NCBI GenBank assembly: GCA_951406725.2 | Contig: OX597822.1 | Location: 2,046,001-2,110,000 of the forward strand | DNA from: Octopus vulgaris | Lineage: Eukaryota | Direction of reading: 5' to 3' | DNA length: 64,000 nucleotides | In this document: positions 1-13,560 of the stretch, piece by piece | How the letters are laid out: each line of letters opens with the position of its first letter | How positions within the stretch are numbered: position 1 is the first letter of the stretch | The notes under the pieces: generated by a model | Told to the model about the DNA's origin: nothing | Seen by the model: only the letters and a program-made list of their open reading frames with translations | Database searches by the model: none | Made by a program: the position numbers and the translations under genes

Positions 1-146
1 CATTCACTATCGAAACGACTGGTTTTGGCGAGCTGGAGGAATATATTAAAAATAGCTCTAAATCTATTTGTGGATGTGAAAATATATCGCACAAGGATAA
101 GAAAATTAAAATGTTTTTGTTTGAAGCTATTTAAAAGTTGCAAACA

Positions 147-503
147 TTATTACCCTGCGCGCATAAGTGAAAGCAGAGTATAGTAGTCGCTCGTCTTAGT
201 CAGTTTTTCTGTGTGTTCGCAAAATTACTGGGAACCCGCAGGACAGGTTTTCACCCAAGTTTGGCAGAAATACTCATAGGGTTAATGGCTCGAACTCATA
301 AAATTTTGGTTTGATTATCTTCAAAACTAGGGGACAGGTGAATCATTTTTCTTTGCTACATATGCATAAATGATAAGCAGGGGAAATAACTCTGGTAATT
401 TTGTTGAAATAGGAATTTTTCTGAAAATATATTTATTAAATTAAATTTTATTTTATCCTTGTGTGTTCGCAGTGTATGCATCGCTCGTCCGATGCCTTTT
501 TTT
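147..503 (+). mobile_element. Helentron-associated non-autonomous element (HINE/DINE-1-like)
   Basis: Starts TTATTACCCTGCG; subterminal inverted repeat taccctgcg (151-159) / cgcagtgta (468-476); 3' hairpin gcatcg..cgatgc followed by poly-T. Confidence 0.55.
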
Positions 504-544
504 ATGAATACTAGTTTGTATTTTTGGGAAAAGGTAGGTAATAT

Positions 545-950
545 CTGAGGAGGGCCGTAGTCGATTACACCGACTCCAGTAGTCAACTGGTAATTATTTT
601 ATTGACTCCGAGGGGAAAAAGCAAATTCGACTTCGGCGGAATTTGAACTCAGTAGGTTAAAACGGATGAAATAACGCTAAGCATTTTGCCCGGCGTTCTA
701 GTGATTCTCTCAGGTCGCTGCCTTAAACATTATTGATTTCAAATTTTGGCACAAGGCCACAAGTTTCGGGGTAGGGGTAAATCGATTACATTGATCCCGG
801 TGTTCAACTGGAACTTAAGTTATCAACCCCGTAAGGATGAAAGTCAGAGTCGACATTGGCGGAATTTGAACTCAGAACGTAAAGACGAACGATGTGTCAC
901 TAAGAGGTTCGCCAGTCGTGCTAACGATTCTCTCGATGCGCCGACTTAAA
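545..950 (-). mobile_element. Two SINE family A copies (tRNA-like head, GCCTTTCATCCTTTCGGGGTCGATAAA core)
   Basis: Reverse complement matches the intact copy at 19414. Confidence 0.8.
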
Positions 951-974
951 CGTTCTTAATATTAAATAGTTATC

Positions 975-1130
975 TTCCATCTTTACGGTCTAAGTTCAAA
1001 ATTTTGCCGTGACCGACTTTGCATTTCATCTCTCCAGGGTCAATAATATAAATACCAGGTGAAAACTGGGTTTGGTATAATAGACACGCACCTTCTCCCG
1101 CATTTGCTGGATCTGCACCAAAATTTGAGA
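975..1130 (+). mobile_element. Degenerate SINE family A
   Basis: gttcaaaattttgccgtgaccgactttgcatttcatc core. Confidence 0.65.
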
Positions 1131-1239
1131 GCAATGTTACATATTTATGGTATGCACGTATTTAAACTCTGTGAAGATGCGGTACTTCGTCCAGGATACA
1201 CCGCACATTATGTTAAATAGAAGACTTTCCTCAACTGAA

Positions 1240-1605
1240 AACATTGGGTAAAAAAGCGTGCATCCTAGGTCAATCGCAAAGAGGTGTTCGTCTTAAGCCA
1301 TAATGCAAGGCAACATATTGTCCATGACACACACGGAAAACTTATGGAAATATTTCTATTGAAGTGAAATTAGATATGTAAGTTTTGCCTCGTCTTCCTC
1401 ATTCTTTCGTCCTAGCTCCATCTCAATGTCATCTTTTCAGACCAGGTTAATGATATTTAGAGGGAAGATAGTGAATTAATTATGAAGAGGTTAAAAAGAT
1501 ATTAAGTGTTTCTTTGCAACGAAAAGTAAGAATTCTATGCCCGAGGGATAAACAATTTGTCGAACAGATCAGATTATGTAATCAATAATGAGGAATTACA
1601 TTATT
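1240..1605 (+). pseudogene. mariner transposase C-terminal relic
   Basis: Translates VNRKEVFVLSHNARQH (~HDNARPH) and VLPRLPHSFVLAPSQCHLFR (~VLPHPPYSPDLAPSDYHLFR); frameshifted and stop-containing. Confidence 0.8.
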
Positions 1606-1684
1606 TTGATTAACTATATCAATTAAGACCAAACAAGTATTTGTTTCTTTCTTATCAAAAATGAGGAAGATCTCTCTTTCCAAC

Positions 1685-1719
<35 letters not shown>

Positions 1720-1759
1720 TCTTTTACTTGTTTCAGTCATTTGACTGTGGCCATGCTGG

Positions 1760-1827
<68 letters not shown>

Positions 1828-1844
1828 GATAGATACATATATGT

Positions 1845-2058
1845 AAAGTTAATCCAAACATGAAAACACAAAGAGAAAACAGAAATCGCGAGGACGGGGA
1901 ACAAATATAGTATTATTGGACGTTCAGAAAAGAAGGAAAGAAGGAGAGTTTAACGTTTCGAGCGGAGCTCTTCGTCGGAAACATAGGAGAAGGAAAGATC
2001 CAGAGAAGGGAAGACAGAAGGAAAAAATCGCCAACGGTACACACGCGGTCACATTGTG
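1845..2058 (-). mobile_element. Short Penelope-like-derived repeat with hammerhead-like motif (family P1; other copies ~14820-14975 and ~25770-25970)
   Basis: Minus strand CCGACGA-A-GAGCTCCGCTC-GAAACGTTA; homologous to 25770-25970. Confidence 0.55.
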
Positions 2059-2084
2059 AAATATATATATATATACTATCTTTA

Positions 2085-2255
2085 TTTTCTCTCTTTTTTT
2101 ATCTCCTTGTTTCTTTCTGTGTTCCTTTCTGTGGAAGAGCATAAGCTCGAAACGTTAAAGACTTTTTCACTTCCCGAATGTTAATCTAATACATCAGTTT
2201 GTTGTCTACACCACCTGTCTTTGTTTTTCGATTTATTTTTTGTGAATTCTCCCCC
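2085..2255 (+). mobile_element. (TA)n-associated short element, family P2
   Basis: ctttCTGTGGAagagcataagctcGAAAcgttaaag; seven copies in the window. Confidence 0.7.
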
Positions 2256-2525
2256 TATATATATATATATATATATATATATTACAACTCACCACGTGGG
2301 GATAATCGACATTCCTCTTTTCTATTACTACTATATATATATATAAGGGTGTGTGTATGTGTACGTATATATGACCTCCACGCCCACACACGTACAGACA
2401 GAAGAATACATACATACATATTCTCTTACCAAAGAATCACTAAACCAGTGAACGTGCTTTACCGGTAAACTACCAGGTGTATACCATATGAATTTTTAAC
2501 TATTAATATATGTGTGTGTATGTGT

Positions 2526-2588
<63 letters not shown>

Positions 2589-3152
2589 AATTTATATAAA
2601 TATAAGTATATATATATATTTATATATATGTATATGTATATACAATAGTATATATATATATATATATACACACACACTTCCATATAAACATATATCAAAC
2701 ACACAATTATATAACTATTTGTCAAAAAGTCTAGCACGTGGTCGTGAAATATATTCACCAAGTAAATTTAAATGTGTATGAATTACGTGGGTGAAGATAT
2801 TCATTATTATGAAATGCAATGTTCTGGAAATGTAACAAAGATCTAGTTACCATAAATCGTCCATTTATAATGCTACACTAGTAGGCTAATGGTGGAGATG
2901 AACACTTTTGAAAGCAAAATATTATAATCTAACGCCTTCACACTATTGTATATCTGTCTCTTATATTTATTCTCTATATATGCGTGATTCTCTATATTAT
3001 ATATGACGTAGCTGTGTTGAGACGCAGGCATGGCACTGTGGTAAGAAAATTGCTTATCAACCACATCGTATCGAGTGCATTCCCACTGCAGACACGGACC
3101 GCCTAAAATATTGCAAGTAGCGTGGTAGACGGAAATTGAACGGGCGTCGTTG

Positions 3153-3201
<49 letters not shown>

Positions 3202-3206
<5 letters not shown>

Positions 3207-3482
3207 AGAGTTTACGAAAAAAACAAAAGACGAAGCCAGGTGGTGTACAAAACAAACAGATGTATTAGTATAACGCTCAGGAATAGAAAAGTCTATCACG
3301 TTTCGAGACTACGCTATTCTACAGAAAGGGACACAGAAAAAACAAGGAGAGAAACAAGGGGAGAAAAAAGGAGAGAAAAGAAGGAGAGAAACAAGGAGTG
3401 AAAAAAAGGAGGGAAAAAAGGCAGAGAGAAAAAAGCGAGAGAAACAAGGAGAGAAAAAAGGAGAGAAAAAATGTGTGTAGTG

Positions 3483-3484
<2 letters not shown>
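3202..3484 (-). mobile_element. (TA)n-associated short element, family P2
   Basis: Homologous to 2085, 14985 and 54948; (TA)n on both sides. Confidence 0.75.
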
Positions 3485-3545
<61 letters not shown>

Positions 3546-3802
3546 GTATATATATATAAAGGGGGTTTAACACAGGTGTAATTCAAATTCTTTTACTTCC
3601 GACAGCTTGTTTCGAAGATATCACTGATATCATTCCAAAGAAATAATGTCATTATTTCGTGATATGAAATCATGTCGCACACATATGGTTGCGATGCATG
3701 TACCTGGTGCACAATTTTCAGACGGTTAGTCATGATGCGTATACTGGGCTTCGTATATTTTACCCCAGTGTCACTTCGATGGCATGCGCTGCTCTCTCAC
3801 TC

Positions 3803-3848
3803 AATAATAATAATAATAACAATAATAATAATAATAATAATAATAATG

Positions 3849-3936
<88 letters not shown>

Positions 3937-3962
3937 TGATGATGATGATGATGACGATAATA
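3803..3962. repeat. (AAT)n/(GAT)n microsatellite
   Basis: Direct reading. Confidence 0.95.
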
Positions 3963-4128
3963 AAGACAAGAAGAAATAATATCAGAAACCCAAAGTTTCT
4001 AACTTTAAAAACAAGGAGTTACAATCTTTTTACATCTGAAATTTTATGCTACTCTGGTAACTATTTATCTATTTTTCCGTGTTAATTGTTAACAAGGGAA
4101 AAATACACACATCTATCTATCTATCATA

Positions 4129-4209
<81 letters not shown>

Positions 4210-4217
4210 CCCTCTCT

Positions 4218-4249
<32 letters not shown>

Positions 4250-4256
<7 letters not shown>

Positions 4257-5400
4257 TAAATTAGAGATAAAACCACTATTATGCAAATCAAACAATGAAA
4301 AACATAAGCCAATACATAAATTTAATTTAATTTATATTATTTTAAATATATATCAAAAGTATTAAAAGTTTAATAAAAGATAAAGAGTAAAACACTACGA
4401 TCGTTTCATGGCTGTACAATTTGAATAACAATAATTTAAATTCAATTAATAATTCGAGTTATGGCTACAGTCAATCTTCAGGTTAATTGAAATATCTAAA
4501 AATCAATCAGAAATATTTAAACAATATTTTTAAAATATAAATAATATAATAATTTTACTTATAATAAACTCTATTATCAAACTAGAAACATAAAACTTAA
4601 CAATTATGATTATATCAAAATCGACTATAATGTTAAGTATTAATTTTAATTTATAAGGTAGGAAACCCACCAATAATCTAATATCGGTATTAATCTATAT
4701 CTAAGTACATAAATATTTAAAAATGACTATTATATATAAATTATCAATGAAAATATATAAATGTATATAAATATTATAATTAAGATCTAAAATAATCTCT
4801 ATAAATAAATATATATGCACATATAATAAAAACCTAATAAATTAATTTTTCATATTTAAAGATGAAATAGCTAATTTCAAAATACAAATAAACAAACTTA
4901 AACGAACTTTCGGAAATCTTATGTAAAATACTTATAGAAATAATCAATTCGTAGTAATATAGTATCGAATAAATACTATAAATATAATTATCAATGGGAA
5001 TAACTAGCGAATATCAATTTAAAAAAACAATAACTAAGTTATGCTATTAAATTAGACCTGGCCTTGACCAATCTTTAGTCGAAACATATCTAAGTTTATC
5101 AAAGTTTATCTAATTTAATTATAAGAAATTTAAAACTACAATTAATACTATTAAAACATGTATATACAAAAGCCTAATTTTAGACACCTCGTATACTTGC
5201 TATCAAACAAAAAATCCTGCGCTAAGTAGTATCTTACGAATAAACTTAAATTTAATATCTAATAATATAGAAAATTACGATAATTAGATCATTACATAAA
5301 CAACGATATTTACATAAGGAAAATATTATTACACCAAAGACTTATACAATATTAAAATTTACAATTTGAAGATCTTAAATATAAATAAATACTTATCTTA
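4250..5400 (-). mobile_element. Very AT-rich repeat, probably Penelope-like-derived, with hammerhead-like motif
   Basis: Its end (attaaattagagataaaaccactatta) recurs inverted at ~26046-26078; minus strand CTGAAGA...GAAACGATCGTA at 4394-4483; right boundary uncertain. Confidence 0.5.
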
Positions 5401-5624
5401 GCGAGGTTTAGTATAGACATGTGTGTGTGTGTTTGTCTTAGGGTTGTTTCTCTCCCCCTCCATCGACTGAAAACCCATGTTGGTTTGCTTATGTCACTAT
5501 CATTTAGCGTTTTGGCAATACTTTAAAATTAAGTACCTTGGTCGTTTTATTCAATTAAACCATTCAAGTCGGTGCTTCAGCATGACCGCGGTTCAATGAC
5601 TGAAAGAAATAAAAGATAATATAT

Positions 5625-5640
5625 ATACATGTATATGCGC

Positions 5641-5674
<34 letters not shown>

Positions 5675-5727
5675 ATGTATGTATGTGTGTGTGTGCATGT
5701 GTCTGTGTATCTGTATATACGTTTGTG

Positions 5728-5766
<39 letters not shown>

Positions 5767-5798
5767 TTATCTATCTATCTATATATCTGTCTAGGTAG

Positions 5799-5848
<50 letters not shown>

Positions 5849-5936
5849 GTCTAGGTAGCTATCTAGCTATATGTCTGTCTGTCCATCTATCGGTCTTTCT
5901 AACTAACTAAATATCTCTAACACGCAAACAGATATG

Positions 5937-5968
<32 letters not shown>

Positions 5969-6063
5969 TGTATGTATGTATGTATGTATGTATGTATGTA
6001 TGAATGTATGTATGTATGAATGTATGTATGCATGTATGTATGTATGCATGCATATATGTGTGT

Positions 6064-6103
<40 letters not shown>

Positions 6104-6110
6104 TTGTGTG
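5625..6110. repeat. Compound (TG)n/(TATG)n/(TATC)n microsatellite
   Basis: Direct reading. Confidence 0.95.
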
Positions 6111-6595
6111 CATAATTGTGTGCAACGATAATTTCATAGATCGTTGAGGACAATTTATCATCAGAAGTGAAATCAACATTGATATCAATAATTCCCGGCA
6201 CCAGTTGGTATGACAGAAATGGTTGTGTTCCAGGCGTTCTGAATACCAGCCTGTTTTCAATATCCATTGAAAACAGTTGAGAATGAGAGTTCAATAATTC
6301 AACACTAACTTCCCCCAAAGATATCTGATCTCAGGACAACATTTAGAACGTCAGAAAAAGGGTATTCGTTTGGGGCTGATTGCATTTTGATTTCAAATCC
6401 TGCAGGCATCAACATTGCTTTTCATTACCCCCATCACGCACTGGGTCATTGACATCGACTAATTCATTCTCCTCAGAACTGTTTGCCTGGGTTCAAATTC
6501 CATCTGCATCTACTTTACTTTTCATCGTTTCGGGGTCGATTTAATCCGATTGCCCCTTCTCGGAAACTACTGGCCTTGTGCTAAAATTTGAAAGC

Positions 6596-6642
6596 ACCAC
6601 CACCACCAACAACAACAACATCATAATCGTCATCATCATCGC

Positions 6643-6690
<48 letters not shown>

Positions 6691-6758
6691 CATCATCATC
6701 ATCATCATCATCATCATAAACCTCATCATCATCATCATCATAATCATCATCATCATCA

Positions 6759-6792
<34 letters not shown>

Positions 6793-6870
6793 CATTATTA
6801 TTATTATTATCATTATTATTATTATTATTATTATCATTATTATTATCATTATTATTATTATTATTATTAT
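6596..6870. repeat. (TTA)n/(TCA)n microsatellite
   Basis: Direct reading. Confidence 0.95.
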
Positions 6871-7415
6871 GATCATATACATTCAACAGATTAGACTGTT
6901 GGAAAAGAAAAGCCTAACATCAGGCTACAACAAGTAGCCTTAGATACGTAGATACCAAGAACCGACCTCTTGGGTTACAGTAAGTAATCTTCGATGCCAA
7001 CAACCCTCCTAAGTATCCTAGCTGTCCCTAATAATACTGTTTTCTGGAGCTGTACTAAACTGTGTTTTATGCCTATTTCCTCTATCTATTCAGATTTTAG
7101 AGATAGTTCCCAATGCACCTATAACTACTGAGATATATTTTTATCCGTACTTTCCATAGTCTCTGTAATTCAATGGCCAGGTCCTGGTACTTTGATATTT
7201 TTCTCTATATTTCTCATATTAATTTCTTTATCATTTGGGACAGTAAAGTCAATTGTGTGCCACTTTCTCTCCTCTTTATCTACTTCTACCACATCAGGCC
7301 TTCTAGCTTCTATTTACTCTGTCAGTCTGAATGTTAACGTCGCACAACATCTTGTATTTCCTACTTTCTAGAACTTAACTAGATTCTTGTTCATACCTGT
7401 TGTTGTTGCTGCTGC

Positions 7416-7446
<31 letters not shown>

Positions 7447-7550
7447 ATCTTCTTTGCTGGAGGATATAAGACATTGTAACTAGACCAGAACCATGTGTCT
7501 AAGGTAATACTTTTTATTCCTGAGCTTGAAGCAACACTGTGTTCTATAGA
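6871..7550 (-). mobile_element. Decayed Dong/R4-clade non-LTR retrotransposon 3' end (restriction-like endonuclease domain)
   Basis: Minus strand IEARRPDVVEVDKEERKWHTIDFTVPNDKEINMRNIEKISKYQDLAIELQRLWKV..VVIGALGTI..LQKTVLLGTARILRRV (PD-D-xK RLE motif); 3' end abuts (TAA)n. Confidence 0.8.
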
Positions 7551-10430
7551 TACTCTTTACATTTACTCCTATATTTTGAATATATTTTGTGAGTTTCATA
7601 GTTAAAATACACAATGACCAGAGTATTTTTATTTCCCACTTCAAATCCTTACTTTTTCTTATTTCAATTGCCTCATTTTTACTGGATGTTTTAACTCTGC
7701 TGCCAAGCTGACATCCCTGTGCCATGAGCATGTCATTTCTGCGTTGTGTGCTCTGCCTGATAATTATATTTTGTGTATCTTTAACGCATGTGAAGTGATG
7801 GCGATTTCGTTTCTTGTATATTTCTTCTGTGTTTTCCTGATATGTTCTCAAGGCATCATTTTATTAAAGGGATTGTTTGCTTCTTTAATCTTAACATTCT
7901 GGTTATCTTTGTTTCCAGATCTTTGTTTCCAGAAATAATAGCCCGATAAGGAAAGATATCTTTTCCTGATTGTAAATAGCTACATCTGTTTTCGCTATGT
8001 ATTCTTCGGCATTGTCCTTATTGTTTTTAGTATTCTGAATGAACCCTGTCGAATACAGGGATTGTTTGTGTTTCCAATCCAAGCAGTTTGGTTATGCCTA
8101 TTTTCTGATCTTTATATTTCGGTTTTTACACTTCTTTAGAGACATATTATTGTTTGCTGGGAAATATTAACGAACTGATAGAACCGTTTTACTTGATCGC
8201 TTTCAAGAACGTCGGCGAGATGGCAAAAACGTTAGCACGCCAGGCAAAATGCTAAACAGTATTTTGTCTATCTTGTGTTCTGAGTTCAAATCACGCCGAG
8301 GTCAACTTTACCTTTCTTTCTTTCTTTTGAGGTCGATAAAATATGTACCGGTCGAGTATTGGGGTAGATTTAATCGACTTGCTTTCTCCTCCAAACTTGT
8401 TGGCCTTCTACTAAAATGTTTAATCAATATTTCTTAGTTTCTTTTTCCGCGTGATCTGGTATATTTCACGGTGCTGTCAATTTGGCATTCTCTTTGACCA
8501 TTTTTCAGAATTTGCTTATAACATCTCCGTATCATTGCTGGCTTAATTTTCACTGTACGAATTTTCCAACTCTCTCATGCGTGCTTCTATATTCTGTTTT
8601 GGCTAAGATTGGACAAAACAACAACAACAAAAAAATATATATGTGATTAATTGTTTCTTTATAGACACCACATATTTTGTGATTCCTTCTTGTTCCTGAC
8701 TCATTGTAAGATTTTGGTATTTTTTAGTGCAGCGCTGCAATCGAAAATCCTTGCCTTTCAGCTCTGAATCTAGTTTTTACCCTTATTTTTTTACTTTTAT
8801 TTTTCTAATCAGATATCTTGGCCCATGTTTTTGCCAACTTCTTAACATCACGGAATCATTTCCATGTTAGGCTTTATTCTTTTAATTTCTCTGCTTGTAT
8901 ATCTATTCTCGTACTGCTATTTATATTAGTTTCCTTGTATTCATTATTAGACAGTTTTGTAGTCTTGCAGTTGCTATTTTTAGATAATTTACCTCCCAGT
9001 AGATCTTCATTTGGCATTTTATAATCATTTATCTCGGAGTCTCTGTAGTAAATATATAATTTTCAGTCAGCTTTTGGATGGTGTACTCTCCATGATTAAT
9101 TTTTTCCTATTATTTAGCATTAATTAGCACCAAGCCGAGAATATTCCGAATATAATTTATTACTGGAACGGCTAGGATATTGATTTTTAATACGTTATTC
9201 CTTTTTTCCATTTAACTTTGGTTTAAGAATCGTTCTGAGGGAACTATAATATTTATTCCTAACTTTCTCTTCCATTAGTATGTTGTACTTTATCTTGTTA
9301 TTTCTTTCTGCATTATCTGAAAATCTGATTCCGTTAAAAATGAAGGTGTTTCAGCCGGCGCATATTGCGATCGTTACATGTTTGTTTATCCTGTTGGTAT
9401 TTTATGTTGGCATAAGATTTATTGGTACCCGATACTAGAATTACAATGGTTTTTTAATCTATTGTTGCTATCTTATAGGACAGTTATTCTATTTGGTGTC
9501 TTTCGTTGACTGACAGTAACATAATTCATGAATTTTAATTGTTTAATTATTTCAATCATGAAATAATATTCCATTGCTGCTTCCTGTTCTTATCTCGCTT
9601 GTTGAGCATACACTATGTCGTGAAAATGGTCAACTTATTTTTGTCATCACCTCCAGAATTTTCAGTGTTTATTCTTTGTAATTTCTTGCTGTTATCTTTT
9701 ATTTGTTCACTTTCCACATATGATATTCTTTTGGTCTCGAGAATATATCTTTGTAGATTAGCAGGGATTTAGGGACGAAATTTTTATTCGAGATCAGAAT
9801 TAAGTGCACTTGCTCACTTCTGATAAGATACACGTATATTGTATTACTTTGCCTTATCGCTTTAAAATACGCAGGAATATAGAAGAGTATTCATGTATTA
9901 TCTATTTATGCATTTTCTAAAGTCCAAATGTTTATTCCATTTATCTTAATTATTGTCAGGTATCAGGTTGTAGGTATCTGAGAATACACAGTTCTTCACT
10001 TCTCGTATCATTTATACACGAATCCAAATTTCATGTTTCCCTTTTAACACTGGGTCGAATGATATGGTTTTTATTTCTTATATGTGGCATATTTGTTAGA
10101 AGAGCTGAGCTTTTCCGATGAAGATTTGACCCCTGCTCTAAATAGCAATAAAATTTCCAATTTAAATTTGGATAGATAAAGCAGATTAGAAAATAAAGCT
10201 CCCCTCCATCAAAAAAGAATTGTGCCACGGTATGAAACACTTGTTATTATATCCAGAGTGAGTAAATTAAATCTCTCGCCGTGATATGCTTTCACACTTT
10301 TGTGTTCAAAATTCGAATACGTCTGGATTTCATTTAACGTTTCTGATATCGAAGCCTGGAAAAATAATAATATCAGAAATGCACCGATATCGTTATTGAT
10401 CAATTGGCAACACTACTTTCCTATGATTTG
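7550..10430 (-). mobile_element. Possible heavily decayed upstream portion of the same RLE retrotransposon (interrupted by a SINE A at ~8211-8430)
   Basis: Continuous A-rich minus strand between two (TAA)n tracts; weak motif remnants (FLKAIK/DQ..RFY); no intact RT recognised. Confidence 0.35.
8211..8430 (+). mobile_element. SINE family A
   Basis: gtcggcgagatggcaaaaacgttagcacgcc..gttcaaatcacgccgaggtcaac. Confidence 0.85.
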
Positions 10431-10514
10431 ACATCGTCTCCCACAACGTGAGAATTTATCATCATCATCATCATCATCACCATCACTACCACAATATCAC
10501 CATCATCACCGTCA

Positions 10515-10606
<92 letters not shown>

Positions 10607-10609
<3 letters not shown>

Positions 10610-11097
10610 TAGTTTTATTTTTATAGCGTGCTTTCACTTCACTACCGAGCGCAGCTCTGTGTGCCTTGGGTATGTGCTGTGATTTGTTGTGATGCTCTGA
10701 TGGTTATTGTATGGAAAGTGTTCTGCGTAGGATGTGTGCAGTGCCTAGTAGTGCAATTTTCTGTATGTTATATGTGTTTGTAAGTCCTGGTGTTTTTGTT
10801 ATGTATTTGTCTGAATATTTTTTTATCATGCCTAATGCACCTACTATGATAGGAATTGTTTCTGTTTTCAGATTCCAAATTCTGGTTACCTCTATTTCCA
10901 GGTCTTTGTATTTTGAAAGTTTCTCCATTTATTTTAGAGATACGTTGTCATCTGCCGGTATTGATACATCAATTAGAAAACATTTTTTTTCTTCATGATC
11001 TCTGACAACTATATCTGGTCTTTTGGACTTAATTTCTCTATCTGTGTGTATCGGCATATCCCAGAGTATGGTTGCTTTCTCGTTTTCTGTGACCTTT
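10607..11097 (-). mobile_element. 5'-truncated Dong/R4-clade non-LTR retrotransposon inserted in (TAA)n
   Basis: Minus strand KVTENEKATILWDMPIHTDREIKSKRPDIVVRDHEEKKCFLIDVSIPADDNVSLK*MEKLSKYKDLEIE..IPIIVGALG..QKIALLGTAHILRRTLSIQ; one stop codon; (TAA)n on both sides. Confidence 0.92.
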
Positions 11098-11115
11098 TTA
11101 TTATTATTATTATTA

Positions 11116-11158
<43 letters not shown>

Positions 11159-11196
11159 CATTATTATTATTATTATCATCATTATTATTATTATTA

Positions 11197-11266
<70 letters not shown>

Positions 11267-11295
11267 CATTATTATTATCATTATTATTATCATTA

Positions 11296-11362
<67 letters not shown>

Positions 11363-11688
11363 CGTTATTATTATTACTATTATTATTATTATTATTATTA
11401 TTATATCATCATTATTATCATTATTATTATTATCATCATCATCATCATCATTATTATCATTATTACGAATGCTAATAAGTAGCCATTACTATCATCCTTA
11501 TCAATATTTCTCTAATTTTTTCTATTCTCAATATTCTCATTGTCGTTATTAACTTTGAATTTGCTTTTTGTATTGTTATTACGACTACTACTATTATCAC
11601 CATCAACACCATCCTCATCATCATTAACCATCATTACCATCATCATTATCCTCCTCATCATCACTATGACCAGCAACATCATCATTAC

Positions 11689-11736
<48 letters not shown>

Positions 11737-11810
11737 TATCACCTTCTTCTTCTTCTTCTTTCTCTTCTTCTTCCTCTTCTTCGTCCTCGTCATCAGCATC
11801 ATCATCATGA
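11098..11810. repeat. (TTA)n/(TCA)n/(TTC)n low-complexity tract
   Basis: Direct reading. Confidence 0.9.
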
Positions 11811-12059
11811 TTTTTGCAGACTGAAAAATAAATTGCTGTCGGTTGCAAAAGTCTACGCATTTTCTGATTAAGGTCATTACAAAGCACCAACAATTAAGAA
11901 CAATCATTGTTGTCACAGACTTCTCTCAAATGGGAAGATTCGATTTTTTTTCTAAACAATTAATCGATATTTAACTATAGAATAAAACAATAGCACTAAT
12001 TATCCGCTGTACTACAAAGATGTATGTATTATACACACACACGCACATATTTATATATG

Positions 12060-12161
<102 letters not shown>

Positions 12162-12407
12162 CATAAATGCCTGTCCATACAAAAGTATCCATACATATAG
12201 GTACTTGTGCGTAGAGACACTTGAACATCCGCATATTGGTATATTCACGTGTATTTGTAATCTCTCTATATTTTCTCACTGTCTGCAAATACTTGAATAG
12301 CCAAGTGTCTTAGTTAACAACTTATTCAGAAAAAGAAAGCTGCGTCTGGTTCATTCATTGATTGATGATTTCTTTAACGTAAATTCTTTTCATCTATACA
12401 TGCATAC

Positions 12408-12450
<43 letters not shown>

Positions 12451-12474
12451 TATAGATACATACATACATATATA

Positions 12475-12523
<49 letters not shown>

Positions 12524-12558
12524 TGTATATATATGCGTATAGATACATACATACATAT

Positions 12559-12603
<45 letters not shown>

Positions 12604-13228
12604 CATGGAGGAATAAAAAGAAACATTATATCAGTTAAATTACAACCTCTGGAAGCATCGATTTCGCCGTAGTTGCTTCCATTGCTGTTATTTGTATTAT
12701 TATCGTCTTGTTTAACACAGTATCTTCACCAGAGAACATAACAAAGTATCAGCTGTCCACACTTATTGGACAAAGGTAACGCATTTTATCCAGATCTTGA
12801 GAAAACTGAGGAGGGTAGGAGCGGTTCTACGCGACGCCGTTTTCTGCATACGCTCTATCTTCACATTTATTGCCATTCTTTCAATCGAGTTTATGTGATT
12901 CAAGCCTTTAGTCTTTATTAATGACACTCTCTTCTATGACTACAGACTTTTATTCCCTCAGATAATCAGAGCTGATCCGCTTCACTTTTTCTCTTTCTGA
13001 TACACTGTTGTAACCAGGGCATGCAATATCTATTATTAAACAGACTTCTTTTCTCTTTATTCTCAATCACTATAGAAACAAGGAAACACCTCAAAAGCTC
13101 GTTAGCTACTTTTAAGCTCATTAAAACACACAACCGTTTTACCATCATTATATTCACTTATGACTTTACAAGCAAGAGATTAAATACGGTAGTTGATGTA
13201 ACAATATCTTGCGTTATATTTTGTTGTT

Positions 13229-13560
13229 GTGGAGGCGCAGTGGCCCAGTGGTTAGAGCAGCGGAATCGCGGTCGTTGCATCCCGGTTTCGATTCCCAGAT
13301 CGGGCTTTGTGAGTGTGTATTGAGCGAAAACACCCAAAGCTCCACGAGGCTCCGGCAGGGGCTGGTAGCGAAACCTTCTGTACTCTTTCACCACAACTTT
13401 CTCTCACTCTATCTTCCTGTTTCTATTGTACTTGTAATTCAAAGGACCGGCCTTGTCACATTTTATGTTATACAGAATCACTGAATAATACGTTTAGGCT
13501 ACACGAGTCTATTAATTTCACGAGCAAACTGTTACGTTGATCGGAATCATGATGGAACAA
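13229..13560 (+). mobile_element. SINE family C (tRNA-like head), tail type 1
   Basis: A box tggcccagtgg, B box gtttcgattcc, body ccacaactttctctcactct; tail similar to SINE D at 50113-50439. Confidence 0.8.

Noticed and set aside
4250-5400. Mitochondrial insertion (AT-rich rRNA or control region)
   Set aside because: No mitochondrial gene motifs recognised, and its terminus recurs elsewhere as a dispersed repeat.
6105-6318. Non-repetitive minus-strand ORF segment GEVSVELLNSHSQLFSMDIENRLVF..
   Set aside because: No recognisable family, weak acceptor, no donor before it runs into (CA)n; cannot be supported as an exon without BLAST or RNA-seq.
13229-13300. tRNA gene-like sequences (also 23291, 50370-50439, 50463)
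   Set aside because: A/B boxes continue into multicopy SINE bodies; no complete cloverleaf.
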